Assembly (NCBI GenBank): GCA_947595635.1
Contig: CANQEU010000004.1
Span: 186-64,185 of the forward strand
Origin: an uncultured Clostridia bacterium
GTDB lineage: Bacteria > Bacillota > Clostridia > Oscillospirales > Acutalibacteraceae
DNA: 64,000 nt
Direction: 5' to 3'
Under the pieces are notes generated by a model. The model made no database searches. It had not been told where the DNA came from and saw only the letters and a list, made by a program, of their open reading frames with translations. The translations under genes were made by a program, and so were the position numbers. The first letter of the stretch is position 1; every line of letters begins with the position of its first letter. Shown here piece after piece: positions 29,643-39,733 of the stretch.

Positions 29643-30221
29643 ATGATATTCTTTTTGGGTATTTTTGAACTGCTGTTGATTGCAACCGGCTTATCAATGG
29701 ACGCATTCGCCGTTTCAATATGCAAGGGACTCGCCGTTAAAAGCATAAAGGCCGGCGACGCCTTAAAGGCAGGCGTATGGTTCGGCGGTTTTCAGGCGCT
29801 AATGCCTGCAATCGGCTTCTTCTGCGGCTATTGGTTTAAGAATTACATAACATCGTTCGACCATTGGATAGCCTTTGCCCTGCTTTTTCTGCTCGGCGCA
29901 AGAATGATAAAAGAGGCGCTTTGCGAAAAGGACGAGAACGCAGGCGCTTCAATGGATATAAAAAATATGCTGCTGCTTTCAATAGCGACAAGCATAGACG
30001 CGCTGGCAGTCGGAATAACCTTTGCGTTTCTCAATGTAAATATATTTTACGCCTGCGCCATTATCGGAATTACCACCTTTTTATTCTCCGCCGCCGGAGT
30101 AAAGATAGGCAGTATTTTCGGGGCCCGCTTTAAAACAGGAGCCGAAATTGCCGGAGGGGTAATTCTTATATTGATAGGCGTAAAAATCCTTCTTGAGCAC
30201 CTTGGGATAATAAGCCTTTAA
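29643..30221 (+). CDS. mntP: Manganese efflux pump MntP family
   Basis: LSMDAFAVSICKG, FGGFQALMP, DHWIAF, ATSIDALAVG. Confidence 0.9.
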   Translation: MIFFLGIFELLLIATGLSMDAFAVSICKGLAVKSIKAGDALKAGVWFGGFQALMPAIGFFCGYWFKNYITSFDHWIAFALLFLLGARMIKEALCEKDENAGASMDIKNMLLLSIATSIDALAVGITFAFLNVNIFYACAIIGITTFLFSAAGVKIGSIFGARFKTGAEIAGGVILILIGVKILLEHLGIISL

Positions 30222-30285
30222 CGGCATAAAACTATAAGCAGGTAAATTTATTTTGCTTTAAAAGCATTAATTATATTGATAAGAT

Positions 30286-30317
30286 AAAAGCCCGTTGCCG
30301 CAAGGCAATGGGCTTTT
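30286..30317. terminator. Bidirectional terminator
   Basis: aaaagcccgttgcc-gcaa-ggcaatgggctttt between convergent genes. Confidence 0.75.
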
Positions 30318-30323
30318 ACGCCG

Positions 30324-30575
30324 TCATTGCTCCTCAAGATAAGCTCTGAGCGCCTTTGCAAGCTGGTCAGGGCAAGAGGTATTTTTCATTCCGCAGGTTA
30401 TGCCCTCTATTCTCTTTATAACGTCGTCTGCATTCATTCCTATCGACATCGCGGCTATTCCTTTAAGATTGCCGTTGCATCCGCCGTAAAACTTTATGTT
30501 CTTAATTTTTTTGCCGTCCATATCAAGAACAATGCTTTGTGAGCACACACCCTTTGGCGTATATTCAAATTTCAT
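30324..30575 (-). CDS. TIGR03905-type TSCPD domain protein
   Basis: KGVCS, GGCNGNLKG, ITCG..TSCPDQLAKAL. Confidence 0.9.
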   Translation of the reverse strand: MKFEYTPKGVCSQSIVLDMDGKKIKNIKFYGGCNGNLKGIAAMSIGMNADDVIKRIEGITCGMKNTSCPDQLAKALRAYLEEQ

Positions 30576-30577
30576 AA

Positions 30578-31414
30578 TTATGTCCTCCTTTTATATTTAA
30601 GCTCTTTAAGCCTTAAAAGCTGTGATTCTTCAGTTGTGCAGGTTCCTATCGGGTAAACCCTGCTTGTGCTTCCGCCGTGAAAATCGGTTCCGCCGGTTTT
30701 TATAAGCTTGTATTTCTCGGCAATTTCGGATAATATTTTATCCTCACCCTCCTGCCGCCGAGGAAAGCTGAACTCAACTCCGTCAAGGCCTCTTTCGGCA
30801 AGCTCCGGCAAAAGCTCCAGCGAGGAGTAAACCGAGGGGTGCGCCAAAACCGCTATTCCGCCCGACTGCTGTATTCTTTCAAGAATTTCAAATACATCGG
30901 GATATTCTATATGGGTCGCGGCTATTCCGTCCTTCTTGTTAAAAAGCTTATAATACAAATCACCGTAAATTTTGTCAGTATATCCGCAATCAAGCAGAGT
31001 CTGCATTATATGCTGTTTAAAAAGGGTCGTGCTTCCGAGGCTTCTTTTATTCACCATTTCTTTTGTTATGGGATAAAGGCGCATTATTTTTTCAAGCGCC
31101 TCCTCCCCCTGCGACCGTCTGCTTTCGGCAATTGATGAAAAAACATCGTCAAATTCAGAGCGTTTGTCGCAATAATAGCAGAGCAAATGCACAAGTCTGT
31201 GTCTGTTGTTGTCAAAGCAGGATATTTCGGCTCCCGAAATCACCTCAACTCCAACAGCGCTTCCTCGGATTTGCGCCCTTTCAACGCCGTCGAACGTATC
31301 ATGGTCGGTAATAGCCACAGCGTCAAGTCCGCTTCCGCGCGCAAGCTCGATAAGCTCCTCGACCTCAACGCTGCCGTCAGACAGCCTTGTATGACAATGT
31401 AAATCTGCCGGCAT
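30578..31414 (-). CDS. PHP domain protein (TrpH/YciV-like phosphoesterase)
   Basis: DLHCHTRLSDG, AITDHD, GAEIS, LAHP, GGTDFHG; start at MPAD after GGAGGGG. Confidence 0.9.
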   Translation of the reverse strand: MPADLHCHTRLSDGSVEVEELIELARGSGLDAVAITDHDTFDGVERAQIRGSAVGVEVISGAEISCFDNNRHRLVHLLCYYCDKRSEFDDVFSSIAESRRSQGEEALEKIMRLYPITKEMVNKRSLGSTTLFKQHIMQTLLDCGYTDKIYGDLYYKLFNKKDGIAATHIEYPDVFEILERIQQSGGIAVLAHPSVYSSLELLPELAERGLDGVEFSFPRRQEGEDKILSEIAEKYKLIKTGGTDFHGGSTSRVYPIGTCTTEESQLLRLKELKYKRRT

Positions 31415-31472
31415 TTTAACCCCTCCCATTAACCGCACAACACATTAATTTATAATCAAACAGCGCTATTGA

Positions 31473-31500
31473 AAAAACCTTGTCTGCCGACAAGGTTTTT
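31473..31500 (-). terminator. Terminator after tRNA-Gly
   Basis: aaaaaccttgtc/gacaaggttttt. Confidence 0.7.
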
Positions 31501-31501
31501 A

Positions 31502-31577
31502 TGGAGCGGATGACGAGGCTCGAACTCGCTACCTCCACCTTGGCAAGGTGGCGCTCTACCGGATGAGCTACATCCGC
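31502..31577 (-). tRNA. tRNA-Gly(GCC)
   Basis: GCGGATG/CATCCGC acceptor stem, CCACC-TTGCCAA-GGTGG anticodon arm, TTCGAGC T-loop, U73, encoded CCA; 76 nt. Confidence 0.97.
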
Positions 31578-31598
31578 AACTATATTTCAATTATTAAT

Positions 31599-31627
31599 AT
31601 TATAATCGCATATGCCGCGCTTGTCAA
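31599..31627 (-). promoter_or_regulatory. SigA promoter of tRNA-Gly
   Basis: Perfect TTGACA-17-TATAAT on the minus strand. Confidence 0.8.
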
Positions 31628-31651
31628 GAGCCGCTCGGCAGTTTAACCCGT

Positions 31652-31680
31652 TTGACATTATATGAGATTAAGTGTATAGT
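31652..31680 (+). promoter_or_regulatory. SigA promoter, divergent from tRNA-Gly
   Basis: TTGACA-17-TATAGT. Confidence 0.7.
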
Positions 31681-31755
31681 TAATGTATTGATAAAATTCA
31701 AGCAGTAACGGCTTCTTTGCTGTTTTCAGCGCAGAGAAACGAAAGGATTGATAAT

Positions 31756-32604
31756 ATGAGATTTTGCAGCAGATGCGGCTCTCAGGTGAGAGAGGGCGAG
31801 CTGTTCTGTTCAAACTGCGGCTCACGTCTTTCAGAACCAAAAAACGAATATAACGACGGCTTTAACAGCGGCAGTGAAAACACCGAGGATTATTCTGTAT
31901 TTAAAAATATCGGCGAACCGCAAAGGGACGACAATAACATATACAGTCATTCGCACAGCGGCGCAAGCACCGAACGCGTCGGATATGGCGCTGCAAGGGA
32001 CGATTTTGACGAAAAATCACAGAGCATCGGCGACAAGCCGTACATCAAAAAAGTATGCCCCAACTGCAACCAGCCGCTTGAGCGCAATCAACGTGTATGC
32101 CCCTACTGCGGATATGACGTTACAAGATATAACGACGACTATGATTCGCCTATAGAAGGCGAATTTCAGCCGGCTGACCGCAGAAATATAAATTCAGGCG
32201 ATAATAAAAGCGGCAAAAGCAACACTCCGCTTATAATAGGAATAGTAACCGCTGTAGTAATCGTAATTGCGGCTGTTATCGTTTTCTTCGTATTTATGGG
32301 AAACAATAATAAAACGGCGACATCGCAGACGGATACGCCAACGGAAACACAACAGCAATCTGAGGCGGTAACCGAAACAGAGGCTCAGACAGAGGAATAC
32401 ATAACCGAGCCCGAATATGTAAGCACAGAGCCGCCCACGGAGGCGCCGACCGAAGCGCCCACAGAACCGCCAACCGAAGCGCCGACTGAAGAACCCACAG
32501 AACCACCGACCGAAGCGCCGACTGAAGAACCGGAAGAACAGCCGACAGAAGCAAGCTCAGCCGTAACACTTGAAAACAACCAATCGAGCGATTTAGCGAT
32601 TTAA
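31756..32604 (+). CDS. Zinc-ribbon membrane protein with extracellular TEAP/TEPP repeats
   Basis: CSRCG..CSNCG and CPNC..CPYCG ribbons, one TM helix, repeated TE(A/P/E)P; ATG 31756 after GAAAGGA. Confidence 0.8.
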   Translation: MRFCSRCGSQVREGELFCSNCGSRLSEPKNEYNDGFNSGSENTEDYSVFKNIGEPQRDDNNIYSHSHSGASTERVGYGAARDDFDEKSQSIGDKPYIKKVCPNCNQPLERNQRVCPYCGYDVTRYNDDYDSPIEGEFQPADRRNINSGDNKSGKSNTPLIIGIVTAVVIVIAAVIVFFVFMGNNNKTATSQTDTPTETQQQSEAVTETEAQTEEYITEPEYVSTEPPTEAPTEAPTEPPTEAPTEEPTEPPTEAPTEEPEEQPTEASSAVTLENNQSSDLAI

Positions 32605-32653
32605 CGAAAGCGGCTTTGCTTCAATTCAGACGATATAAAAACGAGGTAAAAAT

Positions 32654-33757
32654 ATGAATGTAAAAAACAATTACGACGAATGTCTGACGAACCTTGCCTG
32701 CTCCGTAAGAAAATATTTTGAACTTCCCTACAAGCACAAAACGCTTAAATATATAGACGAGCTGCTCGAAAGCAAAGAGCCTGAAAATGTTGTGGTGCTT
32801 CTTTTTGACGGCTTGGGCTCAAAAATTCTTGACAGAACGCTTGAGCCGGGCGACTTTTTCCGCCGCAACAAATTAAAGGATATAACAACCGTTTTTCCTG
32901 CGACCACAACGGCCGCGACGACCTCCGTCAGAACCGGAACAAATCCAATCGAACACGGTTGGCTCGGCTGGGATATGTATATTGAGCCTATTGACAAAAC
33001 AATAACGCTTTTCCTCAACCGTGAAAAGGGCAAGAAAAGCGTATGCGAGGATTTTCTCGGCGTTCGCAATATGCTGATAACAAAAACGATCACCGACGAA
33101 ATTAACGAAAGCGGAAAATATACCGGCACTGAAATTATGCCGTTTGGCGAGAACAGCTACAGCGGTCTTGACGATATGCTCGGCAAAATCGAATGCGAAT
33201 TAAAAAAGCCCGGAAAAAAATACATCTACGCATACGATGACGAGCCGGATAAAACAATGCACGTTAAGCGTTCGGACAGTCCAGAAGCTGCTCGGCTAAT
33301 TAAGGAACGGAATAAAAAGCTTGAGGAGTTTTGCAGCCGTATAGAAAACACGGTTTTTATAGTTGTTGCCGACCACGGTCATATAAACGTAAAAAACTAC
33401 CTGCTGATCGACTATCCCGAAATTTTAAATATGCTTGAGCGGACGACTTCAATCGAGCCGCGGGCAGTTTCATTTAAAGTAAAGGACGGTCTTTCTGAGA
33501 AATTCGAGGAAAAATTTGACGAGCTTTTCGGCAGAGATTTTACTCTTTACACTAAAAGCGAGGTCGAAAAAAGCCGCCTGTTTGGCGACGGCGAGCCGAA
33601 TCCGCTTTTTAGCGCCGCTCTTGGCGATTATATAGCAATAGCGGAAAGCTCCGACAAATGTATAATCGCGTCCCCTTCTTCGGCATATTTATCGCACCAC
33701 GCCGGCTATACGGACGATGAAATATATGTTCCTCTTATCGTTATCGACAGAGCGTAG
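32654..33757 (+). CDS. Alkaline phosphatase superfamily nucleotide pyrophosphatase/phosphodiesterase
   Basis: LLFDGLG, FPATTTAA, PDKTMH, VADHG, HHAG. Confidence 0.85.
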   Translation: MNVKNNYDECLTNLACSVRKYFELPYKHKTLKYIDELLESKEPENVVVLLFDGLGSKILDRTLEPGDFFRRNKLKDITTVFPATTTAATTSVRTGTNPIEHGWLGWDMYIEPIDKTITLFLNREKGKKSVCEDFLGVRNMLITKTITDEINESGKYTGTEIMPFGENSYSGLDDMLGKIECELKKPGKKYIYAYDDEPDKTMHVKRSDSPEAARLIKERNKKLEEFCSRIENTVFIVVADHGHINVKNYLLIDYPEILNMLERTTSIEPRAVSFKVKDGLSEKFEEKFDELFGRDFTLYTKSEVEKSRLFGDGEPNPLFSAALGDYIAIAESSDKCIIASPSSAYLSHHAGYTDDEIYVPLIVIDRA

Positions 33758-33773
33758 ACTGTTTTTATTCTCG

Positions 33774-34274
33774 TCATACCGCAAAAATATTTTTGCAAAG
33801 CATAATTCCGGCGGCTGTTTTAAAGCGTTTTTCAAGACAGCGCCTTATTGCCTGTGAGCCTGCGCAATCCTACTGCATATTTACAATAAGGTCGGATTCA
33901 ACGAGTATTTGATAATCAATGCCGTCGATTGAATCATATGTATGATGATGCGCAACAAGATATTTTATCCGTTCGGTATCCTTAGAGCAAAAGCCGAGCC
34001 GAGAAAGCATTTTTTCAGCCGCAGGCGCACCCTCAAGCTCCTGCTGTTTGCCCGTGCAGCTTCCGTATTTTTCCTCGGCAGGCTTAATACCTATATCGTG
34101 TATATAAGCCGCCGCCTCGGTAATAAACGCTTCATCCTCGCTAAGACTTTGCTGTGAGGCAATAAACGCGGCTGCGGCGTGAACCTTTATAAGATGAAAT
34201 ATCCTTTTTGAATCGCCCTTAAAGTAATTTGTCATTTCAATAAAAAGTGCTTTTAATAAATCTGTTTTCTCCAT
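33774..34274 (-). pseudogene. HD-domain phosphohydrolase interrupted by an in-frame TAG at 33870-33872
   Basis: HLIKVH, YIHDIG, HHH, ESD motifs; the frame stays open 31 codons after TAG to a TGA, giving 166 codons. Confidence 0.65.
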
Positions 34275-34290
34275 TTCATTACTCCATAAA

Positions 34291-34318
34291 AAAGAGGCTG
34301 TCCTTCGACAGCCTCTTT
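34291..34318 (-). terminator. ftsZ intrinsic terminator
   Basis: aaagaggctgtc/gacagcctcttt stem with a U-tract on the minus strand. Confidence 0.75.
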
Positions 34319-34333
34319 GCTATTCATAAATTA

Positions 34334-35458
34334 TTATTTGCGGTTGAATATAGACATAATGTCGTAATACGAGTCATCGTCGTCAGCTACATCGGCAGCC
34401 GGCTTTTTCTGAGCGTCCTTAGCCGGAGCTGTTGCTCTGAATGCGTCGCTTCTTGAAGCTCTCGCTCTGCTTCTCGGATCACGCATTGACTGCTCACTGC
34501 CGGAGGCAAAGCCCGTTGCAATTACGGTAACGCTCATCTCGTCCTCCATATTGTCGTCAAATACCGCACCCCAGATAATGTTAGCGTCAGGATCAGCCTG
34601 CTCTGTAATCATTGCGGAAGCAGTGTCAATTTCATCAAGACCAATTTCCGGAGAGGCGGTGATATTAACGATAACACCCTTAGCACCGCTGATTGATGTT
34701 TCAAGAAGCGGGCTTGTAATAGCCATTCTTGCAGCCTCCTCAGCCTTGTCCTTGCCTGTCGCATAGCCAATGCCCATATGAGCGTAGCCGGCGTCGTTCA
34801 TAATCGCGGTCACGTCCGCGAAGTCAAGGTTTACAAGACCGGGGATAAGAATAAGGTCTGATATGCTCTGAACGCCCTGACGGAGAACGTCGTCGGCAAG
34901 CTCAAAAGCATTTTTAAGAGTTATTCTCTGTTCGCTTGCATATTTAAGTCTTTCGTTCGGCACAACAATGAGTGAATCAACATTTTCTCTAAGAGCCGCA
35001 ATGCCTGCCTCTGCCTGCTCCATTCTCTTTTTGCCCTCAAAAGCAAATGGCTTTGTAACTATCGCGGTTGTCAAAACGCCCATCGACTTTGCAATCTCGG
35101 CAACTATCGGAGCGGCTCCCGTGCCTGTACCGCCGCCCATTCCTGCCGTTATAAATACCATATCTGTATCCTTAAGGACAGCTTCTATTTCTTCTCTGTT
35201 TTCCTCGGCAGCCTGTCTGCCAACCTCAGGCTTAGAGCCTGCGCCCTTGCCGTGAGTTATTTTTTCGCCGATTTTAATTTTAGTGCCGGCACTGGAGAAC
35301 TGAAGAACGTGATCATCGGTATTTATCGCAACAAATTCTACGCATTGAACTCCCATTTTTACCATGCGGTTTACCGCGTTGCCGCCGCCGCCGCCGACAC
35401 CGATTACCTTTATAACAGGAATATCGTTGCCAAACTCCTTTTCAATCTCAAACGCCAT
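34334..35458 (-). CDS. ftsZ: Cell division protein FtsZ
   Basis: [26 protein letters not shown]-terminal conserved peptide. Confidence 0.98.
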   Translation of the reverse strand: MAFEIEKEFGNDIPVIKVIGVGGGGGNAVNRMVKMGVQCVEFVAINTDDHVLQFSSAGTKIKIGEKITHGKGAGSKPEVGRQAAEENREEIEAVLKDTDMVFITAGMGGGTGTGAAPIVAEIAKSMGVLTTAIVTKPFAFEGKKRMEQAEAGIAALRENVDSLIVVPNERLKYASEQRITLKNAFELADDVLRQGVQSISDLILIPGLVNLDFADVTAIMNDAGYAHMGIGYATGKDKAEEAARMAITSPLLETSISGAKGVIVNITASPEIGLDEIDTASAMITEQADPDANIIWGAVFDDNMEDEMSVTVIATGFASGSEQSMRDPRSRARASRSDAFRATAPAKDAQKKPAADVADDDDSYYDIMSIFNRK

Positions 35459-35781
35459 TTAATCTTCCTCCTATGTGTCGCATATACGACATTCATTTTT
35501 TATACACCTTAAAATTGCGCATAGTCAAAACTATTATACTGCTACCTTATAAATTTAACACATAACAGTGAAAATTTCAATACTGTTTTACAGATTTTTT
35601 TCTGTTTTTCGCTTTTATCTAACACAAAAGCTCGAATTTGTGACTTTTTCATTTATTTTATGCAAATAAAATTCGTTGTGTTCGGCATTTATATGCAGTT
35701 ATTGGAATAAAAACACACACCACATAAGTGCGCATTGCACAATCACTCGCATATGCTTTAGTGCCTATCATATACAGAAAG

Positions 35782-37200
35782 TTACATTTCGTCCTCAGGG
35801 GTGAATGTATAATTCTCATCATAAGAATCATCAGAATCATCGCTGTAATCGTCCTGAGAGCCGTCGTATATTATATTTCCGTCCGCATCGGTGGGATATG
35901 AATACATAGGCACTCCGCCCGAATAATCATCGAAAGAATCATCATCATACGAATCATCATATGAATCGTCGTATGACTCATCGGCATCTGAATAGCCGTC
36001 GGTGCTATCCTGCGCAGCGTCATCTTCGGGCGCCTCGGTATCAATCGGCTCGGTGTCGTCAGGCTGTGTGCTCTGCGTTGGCGCTTCGGTTACAGGCTGA
36101 GTTTCTTTGATTTTATCTAAATACATATTTGGATCAGGCTTAAAATAAGACGCTCTGTTTTTATCCTTACAGCCGGAAACATCAAGCTGTCCCCTGTCCG
36201 TTTCAAGCAGCTTCTGGCTTATAATTATTTTAGCCGTTTTCAGTTTATAGCTTACATCCTCCGGTATTCCGAGGACTATCTTTATCCTGTTTGAATAATT
36301 TAAAACTATGTTAGCCGTATTCTTTACGTTTATTTCCTTTATCCCTGAAAATTCATTTTCGGCAAGTCCGTCAATAACGCTTCTCATTATAGAGAGCATT
36401 CCCGATTCGCCGAATTTAATCTCCTTGCCTACGCTCGCGCTCTTTACGGTACAGCCGACAACAAGCGGAACGTCAAATTTATCTGGAGAATCCTTTACCC
36501 TTTCAAGCACCTTTCCCGTTCTGCTCGCAACTATGTATTCTCCGCCGTTTTCAATAAGAAACGCGGGCTTGCTCTCCGTTATCGTTATGTGCATCGTGTC
36601 GGGAATCTTTATTGATATTTTTGCTTCCTCAACATACGGCAGCTTGCTCTCTATGTTCTCCTCACCGGCGCTTTTATCGCTCAGAAAAAGATTTTCCCCA
36701 AGCGTCATTCCGCTTGCGTCTATAATGTCGCGGTCGGAATAATGCGAAGCTCCCTCAACCGTGAATTTTTCACTGCGGAAAAACACCGTAAGCGAAAGGA
36801 CTATTCCTATTACAAGAAATACCGAAACTATAGCAGCCGCAATGCCTGCGTTTTTAATTTTTCTGCTGCGGTGCGACATCGGCTTTCTGTTAAAATCAAT
36901 TTCATCTATCTCTTTCGACTGATGACGCTGTTTAGCCTTTCTTCGTTTAAGCTCGAGCTCGTCTGTGTAAAACTCGTCGCCGTACTCTCTCTCTCTTATA
37001 AGCTGCTTTTCCTTGCTTGACAGCGGCTTTTTTTTGCGGCTCTTTTGCTTTTCCTGATAAGCGCCCTTTTTATTCGGCATTTTATCATCGGGTCTTGCTC
37101 TGCGGCGCGCCCCATGAGGATTACGCCGCGCTTTGTCGCCGTATTCGTCCATATTTTCTCTTCTTCTTTTTTGCTCTTCATTCATTTTCTTTTTACTCAT
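35782..37200 (-). CDS. ftsQ: FtsQ/DivIB-like protein with long basic N-terminus and acidic C-terminus
   Basis: Single TM helix, POTRA-like region (KLPYVEEAKISIKIPDTMHITITE), position before ftsZ. Confidence 0.8.
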   Translation of the reverse strand: MSKKKMNEEQKRRRENMDEYGDKARRNPHGARRRARPDDKMPNKKGAYQEKQKSRKKKPLSSKEKQLIREREYGDEFYTDELELKRRKAKQRHQSKEIDEIDFNRKPMSHRSRKIKNAGIAAAIVSVFLVIGIVLSLTVFFRSEKFTVEGASHYSDRDIIDASGMTLGENLFLSDKSAGEENIESKLPYVEEAKISIKIPDTMHITITESKPAFLIENGGEYIVASRTGKVLERVKDSPDKFDVPLVVGCTVKSASVGKEIKFGESGMLSIMRSVIDGLAENEFSGIKEINVKNTANIVLNYSNRIKIVLGIPEDVSYKLKTAKIIISQKLLETDRGQLDVSGCKDKNRASYFKPDPNMYLDKIKETQPVTEAPTQSTQPDDTEPIDTEAPEDDAAQDSTDGYSDADESYDDSYDDSYDDDSFDDYSGGVPMYSYPTDADGNIIYDGSQDDYSDDSDDSYDENYTFTPEDEM

Positions 37201-37209
37201 TTTAACTTC

Positions 37210-38472
37210 CTACAATCTCTTTATTGACGCGCCGATCTCGGTCAGCGCAAGCTCTATATTTTCATAGCCTCTCTCTATAAAATTAACATCGGAAATTTCC
37301 GTTATACCGTGTGCGCATAGCCCTGCGACAACAAGCGCCGCCCCGCCTCTTAAATCAGTTGCCGCGACCCTTGCTCCGTAAAGCTCGGGAACTCCCTCTA
37401 CAACAGCCACCTTGCCCTCAAGGTGTATCCTCGCTCCCATTCTTTCAAGTCCGCAAACGTGCTTATATCTGTTTTCAAATATATTTTCAACAAATATCCC
37501 CGTGCCCTTTGCCGTTGAAAGCATAGCCATTATCGGCGGCTGAGCGTCCGTGGGGAAGCCCGGAAACGGCATTGTCCTTATAAAATTTACCGCGTCAAGT
37601 CGGCTTGGAGCGTCTAATAAAATTGAATTTCCCTTTTGTGTTACGGTACATCCGCTTTCCTCAAAAATAGGAATTATACTGTTTAAATGCGACGGTATTA
37701 TCCTGTCTACAATCACACTGCCGCCGGTTGCGGCAGCCGCGGCCATATAGGTTGCGGCGGCTATTCTGTCAGGAATAATAGTGTGCATCGTTCCGCGAAG
37801 CGACTCGACCCCGTCGATTATAACGGTACCCTCGCCTGCGCCTGAGATCCTCGCGCCGAAGGAATTAAGACAATCGGCAAGATCGCAGATCTCCGGCTCT
37901 CTTGCGGCATTTGTAATTATAGTTGTACCGTCGGCAACACAGGCGGCAAGCATTATATTCTCGGTTGCGCCTACGCTTGGAAACGACAAGGCAATTTTCG
38001 CCCCGTGCAGTCCGTGCGGAGCCGAACACTCTATAACTCCGTGCTGCTCCGAAATTTCCACACCCAAAAGCCTGAGAGCCATAAGGTGAAGGTCGATAGG
38101 CCTCGGGCCGAGCTCACAGCCGCCGGGATATGTCAGCTTTGCGCAGCCGAATCTTGCAATCAGCGGCCCGAGAAATATTATAGATGAGCGCATGGCGTGC
38201 ATAAGCTCGTCTGGAATATCGCATTTATCCGCTTCCCTGCTGTCGACAAAAACGGTGTTTACGTCCTGCTTTACATAGCAGCCCATATATCGCAAAATAT
38301 TAAGCGTGCTTTTTACGTCGGTAAGGTCGGGACAATTATGTATAACGCTGCTGTCCCCTGTTAAAAGAGTTGCGGCCAAAATCGGCAATGCGCTGTTTTT
38401 GGCACCCTGCACTTCAACCTTTCCGCTTAATCTTCTGCGACCCTCTATTATCAGCTTTGACACAGAGAACAC
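37210..38472 (-). CDS. murA: UDP-N-acetylglucosamine 1-carboxyvinyltransferase
   Basis: GAKNSALP, PGGCELGPRP (Cys), FPGFPTDAQ, DLRGGAA. Confidence 0.95.
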   Translation of the reverse strand: MFSVSKLIIEGRRRLSGKVEVQGAKNSALPILAATLLTGDSSVIHNCPDLTDVKSTLNILRYMGCYVKQDVNTVFVDSREADKCDIPDELMHAMRSSIIFLGPLIARFGCAKLTYPGGCELGPRPIDLHLMALRLLGVEISEQHGVIECSAPHGLHGAKIALSFPSVGATENIMLAACVADGTTIITNAAREPEICDLADCLNSFGARISGAGEGTVIIDGVESLRGTMHTIIPDRIAAATYMAAAAATGGSVIVDRIIPSHLNSIIPIFEESGCTVTQKGNSILLDAPSRLDAVNFIRTMPFPGFPTDAQPPIMAMLSTAKGTGIFVENIFENRYKHVCGLERMGARIHLEGKVAVVEGVPELYGARVAATDLRGGAALVVAGLCAHGITEISDVNFIERGYENIELALTEIGASIKRL

Positions 38473-38581
38473 CCCTTATTCTAATATATAAAAGAAAAAC
38501 GATAACGCATAATCTTTAATATATTATGAAAAAGGGCTGTGCTTTGTGAAAGCACACGGAGGGCTTTCGCCCTCCCTGATA

Positions 38582-39709
38582 TTATTTTGCAACGCCTTTG
38601 ATCACTGTTCTTATAACAGAATATATCCTGTCGTTAGCGTCAACGATAGCCATTTTTCCGGCGTTTTGAGAATACTCTCTTAAAATATTCTCATCGCCAA
38701 GGATATTGTCGGCAAGCTCTATTACCTTTTCGCCGGTAAGCTCGCTTTCTTCAATAACAAACGCTGCCTTTGCCTCAGCCATCGACATCGCGTTGTGGTA
38801 CTGGTGATTTTCGGCAACATTCGGAGACGGTATGAGTATTGCAGGCTTGCCCTGAACCTGAAGCTCGCTTAGCGTTATAGCTCCGGCACGGCAAATAACA
38901 AGGTCGGCTGCGGCAAGACAAACCGGCATATTGTTTATATATTCCCTTATGTCAAGATTGTTACAGCTGTCAGGCTCAATGCCCTTTTCTCTCAGCAAAT
39001 CAGGGAACCATTTTCCGTATTGACCGTATGCGTGTATTATCTGGTATTTTCCGTCCTTGCCGCTTCTTGCAATAAGCTCGGCAACGCCCTCGTTTATCTT
39101 TCTTGCGCCAAGGCTTCCGCCAAATGAAAGTATAACCGGTCTGTCGTCAAGTCCGAGAGCTTTTCTTGAGCTTTCCTTCGCCGCCGTTATGATTTCGCCT
39201 CTTACGGGATTGCCCGTTGTTACAAAATGGCAGTTATCGTTAAGATACTTTTTGGCGTAAGGATTTGCAAGCATTACCCTTTGAACGTCCTTTGAAAGCA
39301 TTTTTGTTGTCACTCCGGGAAAGGCGTTCTGCTCGTGAATGACTGCCGGAATTTTCAGCTTAACGGCAGCCCGTATCACGGGGCCGCTTACATATCCGCC
39401 CGTGCCTATACATATATCGGGATTAAACTCACGAATTATTTTTTTAGCCTCGGCGGTAGCCGTGACTGCTCTTTTTACTGTAATTATGTTTTCCTTTATA
39501 GCCTGCGGAGAAAAGCTTCTTTTAAAGCCGGATATTTTAATCGTCTTTAAATTTATGCCTGATTGCGGCACAAGTCTTTCCTCCATACCCCCCTGAGCTC
39601 CTATATACAAAAGCTCGCTGTTTGGCTCTTTATCCTTTATATAGCCGGCAATGGCAAGTGCGGGGTTAATATGACCAGCCGTGCCGCCTCCTGCAAAAAT
39701 CACACGCAT
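38582..39709 (-). CDS. murG: Lipid II GlcNAc transferase
   Basis: GGGTAGHINP, GGYVSGP, HEQN, GNPVR, GGSLGA, CRAGA, NHQYHNA. Confidence 0.96.
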   Translation of the reverse strand: MRVIFAGGGTAGHINPALAIAGYIKDKEPNSELLYIGAQGGMEERLVPQSGINLKTIKISGFKRSFSPQAIKENIITVKRAVTATAEAKKIIREFNPDICIGTGGYVSGPVIRAAVKLKIPAVIHEQNAFPGVTTKMLSKDVQRVMLANPYAKKYLNDNCHFVTTGNPVRGEIITAAKESSRKALGLDDRPVILSFGGSLGARKINEGVAELIARSGKDGKYQIIHAYGQYGKWFPDLLREKGIEPDSCNNLDIREYINNMPVCLAAADLVICRAGAITLSELQVQGKPAILIPSPNVAENHQYHNAMSMAEAKAAFVIEESELTGEKVIELADNILGDENILREYSQNAGKMAIVDANDRIYSVIRTVIKGVAK

Positions 39710-39733
39710 AACCGTTTCTCCTTATAATAACCG

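Noticed and set aside
32430-32545. Tandem DNA repeat or mini-CRISPR
   Set aside because: It is an in-frame coding repeat (TEAP/TEPP) with synonymous variation
31440-33760. Genomic island integrated at tRNA-Gly
   Set aside because: No integrase, no duplicated tRNA 3' end, and ordinary genes on both sides
33870-33872. Pyrrolysine or genetic-code reassignment
   Set aside because: Only a single internal TAG was seen, TAG appears to be a normal stop at 33757, and no pyl genes are in the window
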